A stretch of DNA of 64,000 nucleotides. Source: Thalia democratica. Lineage: Eukaryota. Each line of letters starts with the position of its first letter. Within the stretch, counting starts at the first letter, position 1. Below, in pieces: positions 60,937-64,000 of the stretch. The stretch spans positions 1-64,000 of the forward strand of contig CBDBBG010000079.1 in the NCBI GenBank assembly GCA_965202585.1, given 5' to 3'. The notes below the pieces were generated by a model. That model was not told the origin of the DNA. It ran no database searches and saw only the letters and a list, made by a program, of their open reading frames with translations. The position numbers and the translations under genes are program-made.

Positions 60937-63900
60937 TTTTTAATCTCTTAAAATGAAGTGTTTATTTTATTTTTATACTGTTAAACTTAATTAAGAGTTT
61001 CACTGCTGATTCAAGTTTACTATATCCCTGTGTAACAAGATTTGTCTATTTATTACATTTATTGCTGTTCAGAGTCGCAACTCTTTGTAGGCAAAATATT
61101 TCAGCCTGAATTTTTTAAAAACTTTAAACTAACCTTAATTGGCCTGATATTGTTTTTATAAATCCAAAATATTTTGTTGTTATAAAAGTGGATTGTAAGA
61201 AACATTAGTTGAAATGTTAATATAAGCAATATTGATTGACTAAATATAAACATAACCATTCTATATTTTCTAATAAAAACTTATAATAATCAAACAAACA
61301 ACCTTCTAATGTAGTCAAACATTTGCCAGTCAGTATATTCCATATTTTAACAGTAGAATCAGCATTTCCAGATACAAGTATGTTATCTTTTAATTGCATA
61401 CCACTTGTTAGTGATTGGTGGCCTAACAATTGGTGCAAACATCTGCCTGTTGATCCAATGTAGTGTTTAAAAATAAAATATTAATGTACTTTAAATAAAA
61501 AATAACGTAGTTAAATATCTATCTGAAGACAACTATTAATTAAATTAATCAAAAAATAATTAAACAGAAGTGGAAGCTTCCTAAACTCCGATTGATAAGT
61601 AAATATTTACCTGTTAGTTTATTTATTAGTTTATATTTTACCTGTAGAAGCATCCCAAACTCTTATTGAAGTGTCCAATGATCCACTTACTATGTATCTT
61701 CCGTCGAACTGTGGTTATAAATAGTTTAACAAAATGTTATGTAAAGTTTACAACTAAAGCTGTTTACAACATAACTAATTATGTACTTTAAAATGTTAAT
61801 ATTACATTAAAAGTTCTCAACTTATAAATAAGGAGAATAATGTCAATATGAAAATGACATAAGTAATTATGCAAATATAGAAAGACAACAACATATTTCA
61901 AAAACAAATCTCAAAATACTTTATAATCTAACTACAGATTTGTGATTATTGTTTGTTTGGTTAGATGTGTCACATGTTTATATTTCTGATTACAGAAGAC
62001 TAATGGTTTCAAAAAATTGTTAAATTAATTACTATTGGTTTAAAACACAACTTGTTTAACCCGTATAAAAACATATACAATTTTTGGAAATAAAAAAATG
62101 ATAAAAGATTTGCAAACACTAAACCCTGGGAAATATAACTTCAGACATTACAATGATATATATTATTTTTTATTACTAATTATTGTTCTTCCAGACAAAC
62201 TACCGCCCAGGGACTTAGCACAATCCGCGACGGATTTTTATAATTATCTTTACAAATACTCTATTAATTTTGTTTTGAGTAAACAACATTGCTTATCATA
62301 TAATTATTTTTTTACAGTTTTAATAACTTTCCAAGATTTTTTCTGTTTGTTTAAATTTTTTAAGTTACAGTGGCAAGGACTTTTTTTTATTGAGTGTGGT
62401 CTATCATTTATCAAAAGGTTAAAAATTTTAATTTAGATCCAAGTAAAAACAAAAATAATGTACACTTTGATGAATATTAAAAACTAAAACCAAAAAGTTA
62501 ATCTATACTTTGCAGTTAATAGAATCAATAAAGAGAAATTTGAAAGGAACTTAACCATTGTAAATAATTTCAATAAATACTAAATAAATAAGTATTAATA
62601 TATATATATATAATAAATGAAATCTTACAAAGAATTATGTCCAATCAGTGGTTGTTAATAAATTTAAAAAAATTATAAAAAATAGCAAACCTGCAATGAG
62701 TAAACCCTGTTAGTGTGCCCATGAAGCGAATGGGTGCAAGTTTCAGTGTTCGGGTCCCAAACCTTTACGATGAAATCGTACGCTCCACTGACCACGCGGT
62801 TGCCATCGTAACAGACGCACCTGACGGCCGCTAGGTGGCCGACCAGCTGGTGGGTGCACGTTCCCATGGTGACGTCCCACATTCGCAACGTTGCGTCACG
62901 TGATCCCGATACAACTCTGTAGATAATAGTATATATAAAATAAACTGTTTAATTTTTTGTATTGGGATAGTTATATGTTGGTGGTAATTGGTATAACATA
63001 GTTAATCTAAACTAGGGTTTTCTTTTTTTTTCATAAGGCCCCGTTTAAAGAGATAAAAATAGCTACGACCCTCTCCGATAAGATTTCTTAAAAAACTTCC
63101 CTTAAATACGCCGAAGACCTTATTTTTTGGTATTTATCATCAACTCCAGAATATCTAGTGTAAGTTTCGAACGATAGCTTTATTGCCCCCTCCCCTTTAG
63201 CTTCTTAAATTTCTGAAATGGTACCCAAAGGGGTCATCTGACTCACATTGGAATACTCTGAACTTAAGTATTATGTTTATTTTATATATTGAAACTTAGG
63301 GGTTACTTGTGTACAGGTTAAGAGTTTTTTGTGTTGAAGAGTTTTAAAAAGTAGCACACTATTTAGTAAGAATAAGTTTTTAGAATATTATCAAAATGTT
63401 TATTAACAGTTAAACAAAAATGTTTTAAGACATTTTTATGTTGTAGAAAAAAAATTCCAGTGATCAACGAAAGTTATAAATTTGAATATGCTATGTGAAA
63501 GTTTTATTTTATGTGTTTTTTACATTAAACAGTATTAATACTTTGTTTAAACAACTTTAATCAAAAACCTAGTGTTATTTAAATAATACTCTTTAAAATA
63601 TTACTAACGTGTTTCCGTGTAGAGCAAGACATCTCACTGTCGAAGAATGACCGAATAAAGTGTGAACACATTCACCTGTTATTAGAAAATTAAAGTGTGA
63701 ACACATTCAGATGAGAAAAAATAAAAATTGAAAACAAGTTACTATAACAAGCTAGTTTTGTTTATTGTCTAATTTTATTTGTCTAATTTATTATTGCAAA
63801 AACGTTATAAAATATTGTTTACATCAACTGCCGGTAAATAAAAAAATCAAATACTAACCGGTATCTGCGTTCCAAACTTTCAGTGTTCTGTCAGTCGACC

Positions 63901-63973
63901 CACTAATTATGGTGTTTCCCCGCATCTGAGAGGCCCATACACCCCCTTTGTGACCAACTAAAGTTCTCAAACA
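59808..63973 (-). CDS. FBXW7: F-box/WD40 protein 7, 3' seven exons (63973-63859, 63675-63609, 62916-62691, 61708-61642, 61446-61303, 60436-60327, 59954-59808); 5' part outside the window
   Basis: 876 nt spliced in frame: [81 protein letters not shown]../..[12 protein letters not shown]/..[16 protein letters not shown]. The three phosphodegron-binding arginines (human R465, R479, R505 contexts STVRC, SRD, AVRC) are present. Confidence 0.93.
60496..60540 (-). ncRNA. Minimal type I hammerhead ribozyme, sense to FBXW7 pre-mRNA
   Basis: UUUAAAG CUGAUGA GUGA AUAG UCAC GAAA C UUGA GUC / CUUUGAG; predicted cleavage after 60503. Confidence 0.85.
60758..60802 (+). ncRNA. Minimal type I hammerhead ribozyme, antisense to FBXW7
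   Basis: UUUAAAG CUGAUGA GUGA AUAG UCAC GAAA C UCGA GUC / CUUUGAG; 7-bp stem I, 4-bp stem II, palindromic ACUCGAGU stem III, canonical GUC; predicted cleavage after 60795. Confidence 0.88.
60896..60933. repeat. (TA)19 microsatellite; a (TA)9 tract lies at 60455-60472
   Basis: Direct reading. Confidence 0.95.
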
Positions 63974-64000
63974 CTGAAAATAATATTTAATTAATTATAA

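Larger units (their letters stand above)
53403..63150 (+). repeat. Direct segmental duplication, copy B (partner 1-~10900)
   Basis: Colinear with 1-10900; right boundary approximate. Confidence 0.9.

Noticed and set aside
1-64000. Species assignment and specific KLHL gene symbol
   Set aside because: AT-richness and gene content fit several invertebrate lineages, and the Kelch proteins are too divergent to name without a search.

Overview
Very AT-rich, intron-containing eukaryotic (probably invertebrate animal) DNA forming a rearranged cluster of ubiquitin-ligase substrate adaptors. It holds six copies of a two-exon, divergent BTB-BACK-Kelch gene: two intact, two with a single 1-nt frameshift, one cut by a 100-N gap and one C-terminal fragment. 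It also holds two minus-strand copies of the 3' half of FBXW7 (Fbw7/archipelago/sel-10). Copy B (59808-63973) runs off the window and looks like the real gene; copy A (8117-10722) lacks the upstream exons. Positions 1-~10.9 kb are directly duplicated at ~53.4-63.1 kb, and the centre is a nest of inverted repeats around a 6.2-kb foldback element filled with satellites and tRNA-derived pieces. The least expected signals are three hammerhead ribozyme motifs: a back-to-back pair, one per strand, forming the 91-bp inverted arms of an insertion in an FBXW7-B intron, and a third, unrelated one in a 157-bp insertion with a 14-bp target-site duplication. The last codons and stop codon of FBXW7 are amplified into a 61-bp palindrome-rich minisatellite (11 vs 4 copies). 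The Kelch paralogs are recombinant mosaics that vary most in predicted substrate-binding loops. All alignments and folds were done by eye; no searches were run.
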